From the NCBI GenBank assembly GCA_038245785.1, contig JBBRSB010000042.1:1-25764 (forward strand): DNA of 25,764 nt. Direction: 5' to 3'. The notes under the pieces are model-generated. The model made no database searches. It saw nothing but the letters and a program-made list of their open reading frames with translations, and was not told where the DNA came from. Positions 8,908 to 18,746 of this stretch are shown here, in pieces. A program made the translations under genes and the position numbers. The stretch is from Gloeobacterales cyanobacterium (GTDB lineage: Bacteria; Cyanobacteriota; Cyanobacteriia; Gloeobacterales; PMM-0068). Position 1 is the stretch's first letter. Every line of letters starts with the position of its first letter.

Positions 8908-10653
8908 ATGGTGACGAAAATAGATTCCTATGTGCAGGTTGCCCAATTGGCGGAGGTGCAGACAGCAGGCTGTTTAGTTGTCCCTATTGCTGGACATACG
9001 CTGGTGCTTTTCAGCCAGGGCAAGCAAGTCCATGTTCTGGATAATCGCTGTCCTCATATGGGTTTTCCGCTGCATCGAGGCAGCGTCAAAGACGGGATTC
9101 TTACCTGTCACTGGCACCATGCCCGTTTTGACCTGGCCAGCGGGGGCACTTTTGATTCCTGGGCGGATGATATTCCTGCCTTCCCTGTACAAATCCGGGA
9201 CGGAGAAGTTTGGGTGGACTTGGCATCCCAGTTTGACCTCCAGACCCATCAGCGCCAGCGTTTACAGGATGGCTTACAGCAGAGTATTTCTTTGGTGATT
9301 GCCAAAGCAGTTATTGCTTTACTAGACGGAGGGACACCCCCCACAGAACCTTTCCGCATTGGGCTCGATTTTGGGACGCGCTATCGACAAAAAGGTTGGG
9401 GCGCTGGGTTAACTATGCATACCTGCCTGATGCAATTGTTACCTTATCTAGAGAAACAGGAGCGTGCGCGTGCGCTGTATCACGGTCTTGCCGCCGTAGC
9501 CCGCGACTGCGCTAGTTCATCTCCTCATTTTGGCGTTCATCCACTTCCTGCTTCAAATTTAGATGTGGATACACTCAAACGCTGGTTTCGCCAGTTCATC
9601 GAAGTCCGAGATGCGGAAGGAGCAGAGCGTTGCTTAGTATCCGCTGTCCAGTCTGGTGCTAACGCTAAGCAAATCGCCGACATGCTATTCGCGGCGGCTA
9701 CGGATCACCGATTTATCGACGGTGGCCATGCTCTAGACTTTACCAATAAAGCCTTGGAAGCGCTGGATGTGACGGGTTGGGAGCTTGCTGAACCCGTGTT
9801 GGGTAGTTTAGTCTCTGGTTATGCCAGTGCCGAGCGAATGGAGGAATCCAATGCTTGGCGTAATCCCATAGATCTAGTAGCCTTGCTCGAACGTGCCTTC
9901 GCCGTGTTGCCCGATGCTTTGGCAGAAGGTCAGAGTCGACGTGGAACTTGGTCAGGCCAGGCGCAATTGGTCCCTGTCCTCTTGGGGGAAAACCCACAGG
10001 CCATTGTCGATACGCTGCTTGCTAACCTTCGCGCCGGTTGCTGCGAGGAAGAATTAGCTGGAACTGTCACCTATGCGGCAGCGCTGCGGATTGCCCAATT
10101 TCATACCAGCAATGAATTAAGCGATTGGGACGCAGTCCATCACACCTTCACCTTCGCTAATGCTGTCCACCAAGGACTCTGCCGGGTGGCATCACCAGAA
10201 TTACTGCGCGGTGTCTTCGATGCGGCCATGCGCGTCTACCTAAATCGCTTCCTGAATTTGCCCGCCGCTCGCCTGCCAGAAGCATCTAGCCCAGCCACAA
10301 ATCCTGAGCAGTTATTGGATGAATTACCGAATCTACTGGATCGACAGCAGCAAGTAAATGAAGCAGGCACTCTAGTTGCCCGTTATCTATACAGCAAGGG
10401 CGATCCAGACCAATTGTTAGCCATCTTAGGCCGTTTGTTACTGCGGGAAGACCGCAGTTTCCACACAATCCAGATGATGGAAGCCGCTTTTCGCCAGTAC
10501 GCCGCCTTACGAGGAACGGATGCAGGAGTTCATATACTAGTTGCGGCTGCACGCTTTTTAGCAGCTCATGCACCGACCATGCGCGCTCAAGGGCAGACGT
10601 ATCAGATGGCTCAAAGACTGCATCGGGGCGATCATCTGTTTGAAGAGTCTTGA
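8908..10653 (+). CDS. Rieske [2Fe-2S] domain protein with a large uncharacterised helical C-terminal region
   Basis: Rieske ligands CPHMG...CHWHH fall in the first ~110 aa. GGAGG at 8894 precedes ATG 8908. The gene starts 20 nt after the SDR stop. Confidence 0.88.
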   Translation: MVTKIDSYVQVAQLAEVQTAGCLVVPIAGHTLVLFSQGKQVHVLDNRCPHMGFPLHRGSVKDGILTCHWHHARFDLASGGTFDSWADDIPAFPVQIRDGEVWVDLASQFDLQTHQRQRLQDGLQQSISLVIAKAVIALLDGGTPPTEPFRIGLDFGTRYRQKGWGAGLTMHTCLMQLLPYLEKQERARALYHGLAAVARDCASSSPHFGVHPLPASNLDVDTLKRWFRQFIEVRDAEGAERCLVSAVQSGANAKQIADMLFAAATDHRFIDGGHALDFTNKALEALDVTGWELAEPVLGSLVSGYASAERMEESNAWRNPIDLVALLERAFAVLPDALAEGQSRRGTWSGQAQLVPVLLGENPQAIVDTLLANLRAGCCEEELAGTVTYAAALRIAQFHTSNELSDWDAVHHTFTFANAVHQGLCRVASPELLRGVFDAAMRVYLNRFLNLPAARLPEASSPATNPEQLLDELPNLLDRQQQVNEAGTLVARYLYSKGDPDQLLAILGRLLLREDRSFHTIQMMEAAFRQYAALRGTDAGVHILVAAARFLAAHAPTMRAQGQTYQMAQRLHRGDHLFEES

Positions 10654-10732
10654 CACCAGATAGTCATTGATTTTAAGTGTCTAAATTACCTCTTTGCAAA
10701 ATTTGTGTTACCGAAAAATTGAGTCTAAAGCC

Positions 10733-10776
10733 TCTTCCTTCAGGATGACTTTTGTCGCTGTTTCATAGTTCATAAT
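10733..10776 (+). promoter_or_regulatory. Candidate activator-dependent promoter: 16-bp quasi-palindrome + 22 nt + -10
   Basis: TCTTCCTTCAGGATGA (10733-10748), a 22-nt spacer, then CATAAT (10771-10776). Confidence 0.5.
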
Positions 10777-10802
10777 AGAAATACCTAAGAGGACTGAATC
10801 TT

Positions 10803-11150
10803 ATGTCTAGCAATACAGAACTCAACAAACACATTTCACAAGATCGTTGGCCAGAGTTTTTTGAGATGCTTTCCAGTGGCAATAAAGGTCGGCACGTTTC
10901 TCTAGAAGTTGTGGACCAAGAGTTAGGTGATTTAGAACTCATTAACAATGCGCCTTTAAAGGCGATTGTCTACGACCCAGCTAATAGAGGAAATGATTTA
11001 GTGATTGAGACAGGTCAGGAGGAAGTAGCTTATGCTCACACAGTCAATAGCCCTACCGAAGTTTGGACGAAACAAGATGAAAATGGAGTAGTAGAAGCAA
11101 TCAGCATTACAGATGCAGCGAAGAACCAAACTATTCTGACAATGAATTGA
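10803..11150 (+). CDS. Small acidic protein, DUF5335-like
   Basis: 115-aa ORF with RBS GAGGA. The pattern I...W.EFF...S..N.GR.V.LEV...ELGD...PL..I.YDP...H.V..P is recalled as DUF5335. Confidence 0.75.
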   Translation: MSSNTELNKHISQDRWPEFFEMLSSGNKGRHVSLEVVDQELGDLELINNAPLKAIVYDPANRGNDLVIETGQEEVAYAHTVNSPTEVWTKQDENGVVEAISITDAAKNQTILTMN

Positions 11151-11213
11151 CCTTCCCTAGCGCATGGCGAATTTCCATTCACAAGTTAACAATTAGATCT
11201 GTAGATTTTATGT

Positions 11214-12434
11214 CTAACGAGGTTTCTTAGACCACTTCCAGCATTCTTGAACAATAGCCCAATCTTCTTGTGTATGGATGACTAGTACTTGAACCAGAGA
11301 ATCTGCTGTAGCAATATTTTGGTCTACAAGAGACTGGCTATTTTTCTTTTTATCTAAAGTTAAACCAATAAATTCAAATCCTTCGCATACTTTCTGGCGG
11401 ACCAAAGGTGCATTTTCTCCAACTCCAGCTGTGAAAACTAAAGCATCAACACCAATTCCGCCTAAAGTGGCCAGCATAGAACCGATATGAGAACGGATAC
11501 GGTGAATGTACATCTTGAAAGCTAACTTTGCCCGCTCATTTCCTCCATCCATCGCCTCTATAATCTGTCGCATATCACTGGACAATCCAGAAATTCCTTG
11601 AAGACCTGACTCTTTATTGAGTAGAGCCTCTAACTGGTCTGCCGTGAAACCCTGTCTCAGTAAGTAGATGAGAATGCCAGGATCTACAGAGCCTGAACGG
11701 GTTCCCATCATCAATCCGTCTAAAGGAGTGAAACCCATCGTCGTGTCGACACTGTAGCCATTCCTAATCGCTGCTAGAGAACAGCCATTACCTAAGTGGC
11801 ATGTAATCAACCGTAATGAATTGAGATCTTTGTCTAGAATCTGAGCGGTACGTTGCGCACAATACTGATGGCTAATTCCGTGAAATCCATATCGACGGAT
11901 ACCCTGTTCAAACCATTCATAGGGGCCAGGATAAATGGCAATATCAAGGGGCATCTTGCTGTGAAAGGCTGTGTCAAAGACAGCAATTTGGGGAATAGCC
12001 ATGCCTAAGCTTTGTTCGACTGCTTCAATCTCTTCTAGATTGGCTGGATTATGAAGAGGTGCGAAGGAAGATAACTTGTTCAAGGTATCTTTCACTTTTG
12101 GGTTTATCAGAGTCGGTTGGGTATACTGATGACCACCATGAACAACACGATGTCCAACCATGTTGATCTCTGATTTGTTCTTGATCACCTGAGTCTCTCC
12201 ACTCCAAAGAGTTTGAAGGAGCTCGCTAAGGGCCTCCGAACGCGAGTCAGTCTTTAACTCCTCTTTAATAGAGACTCTCCCGCCAAAGGTTTTAACCTGC
12301 ATAGTCGGGGTTTGAGTCCAATCAATCTGGGCTTCCCATAACGGGTCGGGCGGTTTATCCACCGAGGAATCATCCAGTGCATATAAACTGCTTTTTTGGC
12401 TGCTGGATCCAGCATTCATGACTAAGATTTTCAT
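11214..12434 (-). CDS. ackA: Acetate kinase
   Basis: ILVMNAGSSS, GHRVVHGG, APLHNP, FDTAFH, RRYGFHGISH, HLGNG, TTMGFTPLDG and FTAGVGEN are present. Confidence 0.97.
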   Translation of the reverse strand: MKILVMNAGSSSQKSSLYALDDSSVDKPPDPLWEAQIDWTQTPTMQVKTFGGRVSIKEELKTDSRSEALSELLQTLWSGETQVIKNKSEINMVGHRVVHGGHQYTQPTLINPKVKDTLNKLSSFAPLHNPANLEEIEAVEQSLGMAIPQIAVFDTAFHSKMPLDIAIYPGPYEWFEQGIRRYGFHGISHQYCAQRTAQILDKDLNSLRLITCHLGNGCSLAAIRNGYSVDTTMGFTPLDGLMMGTRSGSVDPGILIYLLRQGFTADQLEALLNKESGLQGISGLSSDMRQIIEAMDGGNERAKLAFKMYIHRIRSHIGSMLATLGGIGVDALVFTAGVGENAPLVRQKVCEGFEFIGLTLDKKKNSQSLVDQNIATADSLVQVLVIHTQEDWAIVQECWKWSKKPR

Positions 12435-12597
12435 AAGGCAAACTAGGCTCGTTTGACTAAGGTGACTATCTTAAATACACGTAAAGATTTGGCTAATGAA
12501 GCATTTGGGGTAATACGTCTTCATATTTTAGCTTCTCTTGAAGGGAGATAGAGCTGATAGCAAAAAGTAAAAGTATCAGCAACGCATGATGAAAGCT

Positions 12598-13236
12598 CTA
12601 AGTACCTGGTAAAGAACGTAGATGCTCATCCAGATGAGAACGGTCTGACGACATCCTCAAAAGTGGCCCCTGTGTATCAAATCTAATAACACTGATAGAA
12701 CCAACAGGCATTTCTAAACGATAGCGAAACCGTCCGACATCAATGCCAAGCAGATTGCACAAAATAATCCGAATAGTCGCTTTATGGGAAACGATTAAGA
12801 CATTTCCATGGGGGTGCCGCTGCTTGATTTCTTCGATTACGGTTAAAGCCCGGTTCGCGACGGCGACGGCTAGCTCTCCACTCGTGGGAGGAAACCAGGC
12901 AGGGTCTGCCAGCCAGCGAATATAGTCATCGTGATAATCGCTATCGACTTTCTCTACGGAATGACCTTCCCATTTACCATAGCTAAGTTCTTTAAGCCCT
13001 GTCCGCAACTCCATTCTCAGCCCGAGGGCATCACATAGAGGCTGGGCGGTAGCTACGGTCCGGCGCATAGGGCTGGAGAAGACGGCTCTCCAGGGAATGG
13101 AACGATAGGCCTCCGTAAAGGCTTTTGCCATCTCTACCCCTTCTGGAGTAAGTTCTGGGTCTAGCCAACCACAAAAAACGTTGTCTCGGCTACAGGTGGT
13201 TTGTCCATGGCGAAGAAAATATAGTGTCAGGCCCAA
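12598..13236 (-). CDS. Histidine phosphatase / phosphoglycerate mutase family protein
   Basis: LRHGQT, SSPMRRT, ELSYGKWEG and LIVSH are present; TTG start with a GGAGAG RBS. Confidence 0.92.
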   Translation of the reverse strand: MGLTLYFLRHGQTTCSRDNVFCGWLDPELTPEGVEMAKAFTEAYRSIPWRAVFSSPMRRTVATAQPLCDALGLRMELRTGLKELSYGKWEGHSVEKVDSDYHDDYIRWLADPAWFPPTSGELAVAVANRALTVIEEIKQRHPHGNVLIVSHKATIRIILCNLLGIDVGRFRYRLEMPVGSISVIRFDTQGPLLRMSSDRSHLDEHLRSLPGT

Positions 13237-13403
13237 AAATTGCTCTCTCCGCTTACGCTACTCAAGCATTCACTGATTTATAGCGCCTTTCACGAAAGAG
13301 TGGACAAGAACATAACAGATCGCAAAGTGCCCGCTATCACAAACGCTAAACTGACCTAAAGCTGACCGTTTTCTGCTCGCGAAGGAGAAACAAAGGAGAA
13401 CCC

Positions 13404-13628
13404 ATGGATGCCCATGAAATAGCGAACACCCTGTTTTATCTGGAGTACGTCTTGAAAGCACTCCAGTCCTCCGCAGAGGACCTAGACGATCTTCAGAAGC
13501 GCACGCTTTGCCAGGAAGCGATCCAAGAGATTCGGCGATGCGTTCAGCAGCAAAATCTCCAAGAGCACTATGCAGGGCTGCAGCAAGGTTTAGGCGATGA
13601 AATGTCTAGGCTCGAAGAGTTTTACTGA
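13404..13628 (+). CDS. Hypothetical small helical protein (74 aa)
   Basis: AAGGAG RBS directly upstream; amphipathic helical composition; fills an intergenic gap. Confidence 0.65.
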   Translation: MDAHEIANTLFYLEYVLKALQSSAEDLDDLQKRTLCQEAIQEIRRCVQQQNLQEHYAGLQQGLGDEMSRLEEFY

Positions 13629-13709
13629 GTTCCCGCTGAATCTCCGTGGTAAAAATAACAACGAAGGACACAACAAATCCTCAAGTCACTTATCTGAACG
13701 GTTATCAAT

Positions 13710-14831
13710 ATGTACGATGTGGCGGTGGTAGGAGCAGGTCCAGCAGGAGCAGCAGCAGCCTATCATCTAGCCCGAGCAGGACATAGCGTTCTGGTCTTAG
13801 AAAAAGCTTTACTTCCTCGCTATAAGCCCTGTGGCGGTGGTCTTTCCCCTCAAGTCCAGGAATGGTTCGATTTTGACTTCAGTCCGGTTATCAGCACCAA
13901 GGTTGATACCATCAGCTACACGTACCAGTTTACAGACGCTGTCCGAGCTCCTCTAGAAACTCCTGGTCCCGTATGGATGGTCCGTCGCGACCAATTCGAT
14001 CACTTTTTAGTAGAACAAGCGGTTAAAGCAGGGGCGGAGCTTTGGGAGCAGACAGAAGTGCTCGGTGTTGAAGAAGGGGAAGCGAGCGTCTTTGTGACCA
14101 CTTCGCGAGGAAAAATCCAGGCACGCTATCTGGTTGGAGCGGATGGCGCGAAAGGGAAAGTCAGCGCTTGGTTGGGCTTTGCTAAACGAGCTATGCTCAT
14201 TGGCGGAGCCATTGAACTAGAAATTCAAGCCCCCGTTCCAGAACCACATATCGCGCATTTTGATTTTGGGTCTGTTGCCTACGGATACCTATGGAATTTT
14301 CCAAAAGCAGAAGGACATTCGATTGGTGTTGGCACTTTTGGCAAGGGAAAAGTAGACCTCAAAAAGCCGCTGCTCGATTACATCGATTATTTTGGGCTTT
14401 CTGATCAAGGATGCACTTGGCATGGTCATCCTATTCTGCTTTGGAAAGGTAGTTCAAAGCTTCATACGCGCCGCGCGCTCCTAGTGGGAGAGGCTGCTTG
14501 CATTGTGGACCCTTTCACGGCTGAGGGCATTCGACCGTCTTTGCATTCAGGCGTATTGGCGGCTCAGTTTCTAGACAAAGCCCTTCTTGGAGCTTTAGGG
14601 GCTCTTGAACAATATAACGATGTGATCAACTCCTGGGCCGAAGACTTGAAATGGGCAGACCGCTTAGCTGGAGCGTTTTATCGTATACCCAAATGGGCTT
14701 ATCAAGTAGGGATCAAGCGACCTTCGGCCACCCGAACCATGGGAGCCCTCCTCTATGGCACTACTTCCTATCAAGAGGTCGCTGGACGTGCACTCAAACG
14801 CCTAGCGAGTGTTCCTGGGATAAACACATGA
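13710..14831 (+). CDS. Geranylgeranyl reductase family FAD-dependent oxidoreductase
   Basis: VVGAGPAG, PRYKPCGGG, VGADG, GYLWNFPK and GEAACIVDPFTAEGI are present. This is the paralogous type, not ChlP-like. Confidence 0.92.
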   Translation: MYDVAVVGAGPAGAAAAYHLARAGHSVLVLEKALLPRYKPCGGGLSPQVQEWFDFDFSPVISTKVDTISYTYQFTDAVRAPLETPGPVWMVRRDQFDHFLVEQAVKAGAELWEQTEVLGVEEGEASVFVTTSRGKIQARYLVGADGAKGKVSAWLGFAKRAMLIGGAIELEIQAPVPEPHIAHFDFGSVAYGYLWNFPKAEGHSIGVGTFGKGKVDLKKPLLDYIDYFGLSDQGCTWHGHPILLWKGSSKLHTRRALLVGEAACIVDPFTAEGIRPSLHSGVLAAQFLDKALLGALGALEQYNDVINSWAEDLKWADRLAGAFYRIPKWAYQVGIKRPSATRTMGALLYGTTSYQEVAGRALKRLASVPGINT

Positions 14832-15059
14832 TTACTTCAAGAATGAAATGATTTTCTCTTCTAAAAGAGGGGAACTCTCGGTATGGAGACTTCAGGAACG
14901 GCTACGCAATTTTTCCTTACCAAAACATCATTTTCCCTTAACCTGTACTGCCTAAATTATGGGGACATTGCCAATACGGTTGAGCACAATTTTGTATATG
15001 ATTACTGAGCAATTGTCCATTGTGAACATTTTTCAATTTTATAAGTATGAGTTAGGAAA

Positions 15060-16157
15060 GTGATTGATAAGTTCACCCATCGGTTTGCCGATCAGTTAGC
15101 GCCTAAAACTCGTGCGGTTAGCGGCAAGCAAAAAATTCTAATATCGTCCTATCGATTTGCTCCCAGCGTAGGAGGTATCGAAACAGTCGCCCTTATCGTC
15201 GCCGAAGAGCTAGCGAAAAGGGGATACGACATCAAAGTCATCACTCAAACACCAACCCAGACCAATGCTCACAAAGAGTTCCCCTTTCCTGTCATCCGGC
15301 GTCCTACGCCTTTGCAGACCCTGGACCTAGTTCGTGAGTGCGACCTGTTTCTGCTCAACAACAATGACAGTCTGCGGGCTGCTTGGCCTCTGTTTACAAT
15401 CCGCAGACCAGCAATTGTGGTACACCATCAACTCTCTAGACCCTATAGAGGCTTGATGGTCTGGCAAGAACCGCTGAAGCATCACCTGCACCATCGGGCC
15501 AAGAACATTTCGGTCAGTCATGCTCTAGCCAAACAGCTAGACGCGGCCTACACCGTGGTTTCTAATCCCTACCGCGATGATTTGTTTTTTGAAATGCCTG
15601 AAGTTAAACGAGAGCATGAGCTTGTTTTCTTGGGTCGCTTGGATCAGCAAAAAGGGCTAGATTTGTTGCTCAACGCCTTGTCTTTATTGAAAGATCAAGC
15701 CTTAAATCCCCGTTTGACGGTGATTGGTACGGGGATAGAGGAAAACAACTTTCGTCGCTTGAGTCAGGACTTAGGCCTTGGCCTACAGGTTGATTTTGTG
15801 GGAGAGAAAACAGGATTGGAGCTGGTCCGACTTTTAAATGCGCATCAGATTATGGTGATTCCCTCTCGCCCTTTTGAAGCGTTTGGCATAGTCGCTCTGG
15901 AAGGGATAGCCTGCGGTTGTGTGGTGCTCGGTTCAGCTCAAGGGGGCTTGCCAGAAGCCATCGGACCTTGTGGAAAGACGTTTAAAAGCCAGAGTATCCA
16001 GGATTTAGCAATGCAGTTGTCTCACTTATTAAATAATGCTGAAAGCTTGGCCGTTTATCGGTCCAGGGCGAAGGAACATCTCAATCATTTTCGGCGCGAT
16101 TCTATTGCCTCTTCCTATGTAGCAGTGGTGGAACGAATTTTGGACGCCGTTGTGTAG
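15060..16157 (+). CDS. Glycosyltransferase family 4 protein
   Basis: PSVGGIET, FLGRLDQQKG and EAFGIVALE (EX7E) are present; the start codon is uncertain. Confidence 0.92.
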   Translation: MIDKFTHRFADQLAPKTRAVSGKQKILISSYRFAPSVGGIETVALIVAEELAKRGYDIKVITQTPTQTNAHKEFPFPVIRRPTPLQTLDLVRECDLFLLNNNDSLRAAWPLFTIRRPAIVVHHQLSRPYRGLMVWQEPLKHHLHHRAKNISVSHALAKQLDAAYTVVSNPYRDDLFFEMPEVKREHELVFLGRLDQQKGLDLLLNALSLLKDQALNPRLTVIGTGIEENNFRRLSQDLGLGLQVDFVGEKTGLELVRLLNAHQIMVIPSRPFEAFGIVALEGIACGCVVLGSAQGGLPEAIGPCGKTFKSQSIQDLAMQLSHLLNNAESLAVYRSRAKEHLNHFRRDSIASSYVAVVERILDAVV

Positions 16158-16178
16158 CCTAAGGGAATAGGTACGCCT

Positions 16179-16898
16179 TTGAAAAAATTACTTGGATTTA
16201 GCCCTCGAACCCTTTATAGCAACCTGCTATTTCAGAGTTTACGGCTTAGCAGCAAGTCCCTAACCCTGAACCAGAAACCAGCGATGGTATTTTCTCCACA
16301 TCAAGATGATGAGACCTTGGGCTGCGCAGGCCTAATCGCCTTAAAGCGGGATGCTGGCATTCCCATCACCGTCGTATTTTTGACCAATGGGGCCAAATCT
16401 CCCGTTTCTGATGCCGCAACTATTCGCAGACAAGAAGCCGCCGTAGCCCTGAAGATACTGGGCGTTGATTCTGCCCATACCTATTTTTTGGACCAGATTG
16501 ATGGTGGACTGCGTCAGCTAGAAAGTACGCGCAAAAAAGAATTAATTAATCAGTTAGCTCAGATGATGCTGACCGCTCAGCCTCAAGAAGTGTATGTCCC
16601 ACACCGCCAGGACCGCCATGATGGGGGAGACCATGAAGCAACCTATACATTGGTAAAAGCAGCCATTGCTGAAACGGGTTTGACTATCGATCTGCTGCAA
16701 TATCCTATCTGGATCCTCTGGCATCCTTTGCCTTTCGTCGATCTCAAGCCTAAAGAACTTTCTGGGGCCTACCGACTTTCGATTGAGGCCGCTCAAGCCC
16801 GCAAGCAAAGAGCCATTGCCGCTTATGTCTCACAAACTTTTCCCGAAGGATTTTTAGAACGGTTCTTAACACCCTATGAAATTTTCTTTAGAGAGTAG
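16179..16898 (+). CDS. PIG-L / LmbE family N-acetylglucosaminyl deacetylase
   Basis: SPHQDDETLG metal motif, LTNG, RRQEA, H...DH and AYVSQ are present. Confidence 0.9.
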   Translation: MKKLLGFSPRTLYSNLLFQSLRLSSKSLTLNQKPAMVFSPHQDDETLGCAGLIALKRDAGIPITVVFLTNGAKSPVSDAATIRRQEAAVALKILGVDSAHTYFLDQIDGGLRQLESTRKKELINQLAQMMLTAQPQEVYVPHRQDRHDGGDHEATYTLVKAAIAETGLTIDLLQYPIWILWHPLPFVDLKPKELSGAYRLSIEAAQARKQRAIAAYVSQTFPEGFLERFLTPYEIFFRE

Positions 16899-18126
16899 CT
16901 TTAATTGCATAAGCATCTTTCCCTCGTCCAAACGCAAACTGAAGAGAGTCCGAAAGCGTTTTGCTGGACTGGGTAATAAAAGTTAGAAGGCTCAGGAAAG
17001 CAAGTCCTGCCGCGACTGCGAACATATTGCGGTAGTCGAGGCCGAAAGACCCGCCAACGGAGCCAAGGAGCGGACCAGAAATAGCAATCCCCAGGTCAAA
17101 ACCAATCAGGCAAAGGCCAAACAGGCGACCCCGCTCCTGAGGACGAGCACGGTCGGCAATCAAGGCAGAAATAGTAGGAATTAAAATACCGGCCGCACTT
17201 CCTTCGATCAGTCCTGCCAAGAGAAATCCGAAGGGATCCTGAGCTGACCATAACACCAACATAGCCAGGGTATAGAGCGTCAAACTAAGGGTAATCGGCA
17301 AACCACGTCCATAGCGGTCAGAAACCCGTCCAATCACTAAACGGACGCCAAAGCCGCCAACAGCAGTGGCCGTATAGAACAAACCTGGATTTAAATCTAC
17401 CGATGCACTTTTAATAAATAAGGGGACAAAGGTAGCCAACGTTCCAAAAGCCAAACCAATGAGCAGAAACACGAAGGTCGGTACCCTTAGCCGTGGCCCC
17501 GTAAGCAATTCCCACGATGATGCATAGGCTAGAGGGTTCGGCTCTATCGGGATTGCAGGCGCTTGAACCTGAGCCGCACAGATAAGACCAAGTCCACTTA
17601 ATCCAGCCGCTATGAAAAATAAGGGTGTACTCCCCCAACTTTGCTGAATAAAACCTCCTAAAGCGGGGCCAATCGCAGTCCCAATCGGATTTCCCAGCGT
17701 CATGTAACCAATCAATTCACCCCGATTTTTCGGGGGCGCTAGGTCTACGACAAGCGCCATGTAGGCGGTGGCGAAAGCGGCGACACAAATTCCGTGGAAG
17801 GCGCGAACCCCTATAAGCCAGGGAATGGACTGAATAGACAAATATCCTAGAGGGGCGATGGTCGCAATGCTAAACCCAATCAGGAGGACTAATTTGCGAC
17901 TCCGCTGGTCTGCCAAACGGCCTAACCAAGCTCGAGAGGCCAAGAGCCCAATGGCAAAAGCACCCGAGACAAAGCCAATCTGTTGGTCATTGCCGCCAAT
18001 GCCTTGCACATACAAAGACAGCGTAGGCAGCAAGGAGCCTAGCCCGGCCCAAAATAGCAGGCCTGAAGCGAGTAGCGTTTGCAAATTACGCTTCCTAGGC
18101 GCATCAAGGGTATAGAAGAGCTGCAA
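16888..18126 (-). CDS. MFS transporter
   Basis: About 12 TM segments with GRLADQRSRK and GRVSDRYGR loop motifs. Probable start is TTG at 18126 (the ORF extends to 18171). There is an 11-bp tail-to-tail overlap with the deacetylase. Confidence 0.93.
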   Translation of the reverse strand: MQLFYTLDAPRKRNLQTLLASGLLFWAGLGSLLPTLSLYVQGIGGNDQQIGFVSGAFAIGLLASRAWLGRLADQRSRKLVLLIGFSIATIAPLGYLSIQSIPWLIGVRAFHGICVAAFATAYMALVVDLAPPKNRGELIGYMTLGNPIGTAIGPALGGFIQQSWGSTPLFFIAAGLSGLGLICAAQVQAPAIPIEPNPLAYASSWELLTGPRLRVPTFVFLLIGLAFGTLATFVPLFIKSASVDLNPGLFYTATAVGGFGVRLVIGRVSDRYGRGLPITLSLTLYTLAMLVLWSAQDPFGFLLAGLIEGSAAGILIPTISALIADRARPQERGRLFGLCLIGFDLGIAISGPLLGSVGGSFGLDYRNMFAVAAGLAFLSLLTFITQSSKTLSDSLQFAFGRGKDAYAIKATL

Positions 18127-18303
18127 AACGGACTTTCCTGCGCAAAAAGTAATCTGGCTAACATAATACAATAATACTACACATTGAAGTGCAGCTTTAT
18201 TCGGTCAGCCGATCAAGCACAGGGGCCTCAGCCCGAACTGTTCGCATCTATCCTGGTGCAAACAGTACGCGAAGAGGACTTTATTTCAATCCACGCAGAG
18301 CTA

Positions 18304-18564
18304 CTAAATTAGCCCAGTCGTATTTGGAGTAATGACAACCTCAGGAGGCAGTTCCTCCGGCGGACTATCACTAGGATCGTTCAAATTATTAAACCCTTGA
18401 ATGTGAATTCCAATGTCTTCACAGGCTTGTGTCAGCTCTTCTTCAAAACGCGCAGTGTCATTGCCATATCCGCATCGTTCAGCAGCTACTGCTACGCCTA
18501 GAGTACTATTTGCTTTAGCACAATCAACTAGATCAAGGCCTTGAAGGGGAGTAGAGGATGCCAT
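18304..18564 (-). CDS. Conserved cyanobacterial-type small hypothetical protein (86 aa)
   Basis: MASSTPLQGLDLVDCAKAN...AAERCGYG...F...L..AC resembles a small cyanobacterial family; it has its own promoter-like upstream region. Confidence 0.8.
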   Translation of the reverse strand: MASSTPLQGLDLVDCAKANSTLGVAVAAERCGYGNDTARFEEELTQACEDIGIHIQGFNNLNDPSDSPPEELPPEVVITPNTTGLI

Positions 18565-18594
18565 AAAAAATTAACCTTTTTCTTATCAACCTCT

Positions 18595-18638
18595 ATTTTA
18601 GAAAAACCTAAAATTGTTTTCCTCCATCATGGGATAGA
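18595..18638 (-). promoter_or_regulatory. Candidate activator-dependent promoter: 16-bp quasi-palindrome + 22 nt + -10
   Basis: Minus strand reads TCTATCCCATGATGGA (18638-18623), a 22-nt spacer, then TAAAAT (18600-18595). Confidence 0.5.
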
Positions 18639-18746
18639 AAAAAGCTCAAGTATTTCTATAATTTGGACAAACCCTGGGAGTCGAAGACTTCCAGAGCACA
18701 TCAGCAGCTCAAGACCACGATCGGTTCCGGTTCTAAATCATGTTCC

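Noticed and set aside
12021..12041. AckA NLEEI where NLxGI is usual
   Set aside because: This is a single substitution outside the catalytic motifs; all key motifs are intact.
13269..13461. 63-aa minus-strand ORF upstream of the histidine phosphatase
   Set aside because: It overlaps the better supported 13404 gene and its RBS, and has no motif.
14855..14870. TCTCTT-CTAA-AAGAGG as another copy of the stress promoter motif
   Set aside because: There is no -10 at +22 nt; its position just after the reductase stop fits a weak terminator hairpin better.
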